Positions 24,700 to 26,121 of a stretch of 26,121 nucleotides of DNA are shown here, one piece after another. Made by a program: the position numbers and the translations under genes. This DNA comes from a virus (taxonomy: Duplodnaviria > Caudoviricetes): positions 1 through 26,121 of IMG/VR virus record IMGVR_UViG_3300021082_000470. One strand, given 5' to 3'. Each line of letters starts with the position of its first letter. Positions within the stretch are counted from its first letter, which is position 1. The notes beneath the pieces were generated by a model. It did no database searches and was not told where the DNA came from. It saw only the letters and a list, made by a program, of their open reading frames with translations.

Positions 24700-26121
24700 C
24701 TATGAAAGGGGGTTGGAGCGAGGGTTCGCCGGGTTGTATCGCCCGCCGGGGAAGTTCGTGCTCATAACTTGGTTTGGGTGCTTGGCCGTCTCGTTGGCGA
24801 CCATCTCGCTGACTCCGAGGCGAGGCTGGATTTGGGCAGCAGTCTGAGCGAGATAGGCGTTGGTTCCGACTAGCTCTCGAGCACGTTCGGGGCTGACATG
24901 CCCCGGTCCGATGAAGTCACCCTCTTCGAAGAACTGCTCGGGCTCGTTGGGTCCGAAGATGGGCTTGCCATCCGGACCTAGGGTAATGTTGCGGAAGGGG
25001 GGCGACTTGCTGTCCTCGATCTGAGACGTGTTGAGCACTTCCTCGAGGAACTGGAGGCTACGAGGCATTGCAGAGGCAACCATCTCGGCGACTTGGGCTG
25101 TCGTATAAACGGGTTGCTCTTTCTCCTCGGCGAACTGAATCACAGACTTGCCGTCTTCCGTCGGGTTGAGATCGGAGAGCAGCTTGACTCGCAGAGAGGG
25201 TGGGATCTTGGCTGTGCTGATAGCCGTTACCACCTTGTCCCGAGCGGCATTGTTCTTGGCTTGGGCCTCGGCAAACTGAGCGGCCTTGGTGTACGTTTCA
25301 GCCTTGGCCTTGGCTTCCCGTTCAATGACGAGTGCACGCTGTCCGGCTTCGATTGCTGCTCGAGCCTTGGGAGACAGGGCTTTGAGCTCGTCTTCGGAAA
25401 ACTGGAGCTGGTTATGTTCTTCGTACTGCTTGTCGATGTTAGGCTTGTGAGCCTCGTTCGTCATTGTGTAGTGCTTGCCGTGCTTAAACCCAAACAAGTC
25501 AGCTGCTTCATGGAACTTTTGGGCGTGTTCCGGATCGACGGCAAAGTGCCCAGAGTTGTCACCCCGTACACCCACAGAACCGTGTCCGTGGTGTACGACC
25601 AGGTGGTTGAACTGCTGGAACTTTCTGTTGCTCTTTAAGGGCTGGAACGTTCCGAGGTGGTGCTCTTTGCCAGCGAACTGGGCGCTGAACTTTTGGGCCT
25701 CTTCTTCGCTGAACGGCATGCTCGTCTCCGTTACTGGGGGACTCTCCTCCTTGTCCTCGGCTTCCTTGGCTTCGTTTTCGGCTTTGGCCTTCACCGCGGT
25801 ATTGATTCCGGTGAGGAGGAGGTCGATGGCAGTGTCGGAGCTGATGTCAAAGTCCGAAGGGAGGACTACGTTGAACTGGGCTAGGCCAGCGACGACAGCG
25901 GCCAGCTTCGACTTGTCCGTTGCAGCCGGAGGAATGTCCGGGTTGTTGGTCAGTGGGTCTTGGTTCGCTGGAGGAGACTCGGGGATGATAAGGTCGGTGG
26001 GAGGTGTTGCCTCATACTCTGCATCGCCCGCTTCGGGTGTTGCCTCGGCGTCGTTCTCGGGGTTGGATGGGTCGGCGGGACGCTTCTTCTTTTTGGAATC
26101 GCCTGCACCGAAGTCATCGTG
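24700..26121 (-). CDS. Scaffold / C-terminal part of protease-scaffold protein (5'-truncated)
   Basis: Frame is open 109 codons upstream of the ORF-track start to the window edge (HDDFGAGDSKKKKRPADPSNPEND...); acidic Pro-rich and coiled-coil segments; directly upstream of decoration and MCP genes. No protease domain is visible in the window. Confidence 0.75.
   Translation of the reverse strand, partial: HDDFGAGDSKKKKRPADPSNPENDAEATPEAGDAEYEATPPTDLIIPESPPANQDPLTNNPDIPPAATDKSKLAAVVAGLAQFNVVLPSDFDISSDTAIDLLLTGINTAVKAKAENEAKEAEDKEESPPVTETSMPFSEEEAQKFSAQFAGKEHHLGTFQPLKSNRKFQQFNHLVVHHGHGSVGVRGDNSGHFAVDPEHAQKFHEAADLFGFKHGKHYTMTNEAHKPNIDKQYEEHNQLQFSEDELKALSPKARAAIEAGQRALVIEREAKAKAETYTKAAQFAEAQAKNNAARDKVVTAISTAKIPPSLRVKLLSDLNPTEDGKSVIQFAEEKEQPVYTTAQVAEMVASAMPRSLQFLEEVLNTSQIEDSKSPPFRNITLGPDGKPIFGPNEPEQFFEEGDFIGPGHVSPERARELVGTNAYLAQTAAQIQPRLGVSEMVANETAKHPNQVMSTNFPGGRYNPANPRSNPLS

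Noticed and set aside
6968-25662. Repeated domain as a DGR template/variable repeat or DNA repeat
   Set aside because: Similarity is at the protein level with diverged codons; no adenine-specific near-identical DNA pair and no reverse transcriptase in the window.
229-25884. Numerous plus-strand ORFs (e.g. 345..776, 7985..8653, 21854..22534)
   Set aside because: Nearly all lie antisense to a continuous, tightly coupled minus-strand operon and show no recognisable motifs; treated as shadow ORFs.
1-26121. CRISPR array, tRNA, rRNA, integrase, transposase, terminase or tail sheath
   Set aside because: None was recognisable by eye; Mu-like structural genes alone do not show a transposable lifestyle.
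1-26121. Host assignment (tail and head proteins reminded me of Planctomycetota prophages)
   Set aside because: An impression only; it needs homology or CRISPR-spacer searches that I cannot run.

Overview
The whole window is one minus-strand virion morphogenesis operon of a tailed dsDNA phage or prophage with Mu-like head and neck genes and no tail sheath in view. In transcription order (right to left): scaffold-like protein (5'-truncated), head decoration protein, major capsid protein, accessory genes, Mu gp36-like adaptor, membrane protein cluster, Mu gpG-like neck protein, putative tail terminator, tail tube, tape-measure-like protein, tail protein, a frameshifted chaperone-like pair, a 1472-aa portal fusion, MuF, and a >794-codon tail-tip ORF missing from the ORF track. 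The main finding is a candidate capsid-cargo polyprotein system. A Q-[F/H]-x-E peptide occurs 20 times, only in six proteins (portal fusion, MuF, scaffold, three small His-rich proteins), mostly at domain boundaries, suggesting a prohead-protease cleavage site. A helix near the scaffold C-terminus (V-S/T-P/S-E-R-A-R/K-E-L/I) is shared with two of the small proteins, suggesting a capsid-targeting tag. An unrecognised ~65-aa His-rich domain recurs in four genes. The portal carries an Acb1-like 2H phosphoesterase, an atypical kinase and an R-S-E ADP-ribosyltransferase. Family assignments come from motif recognition and gene order by eye; no database searches were run.
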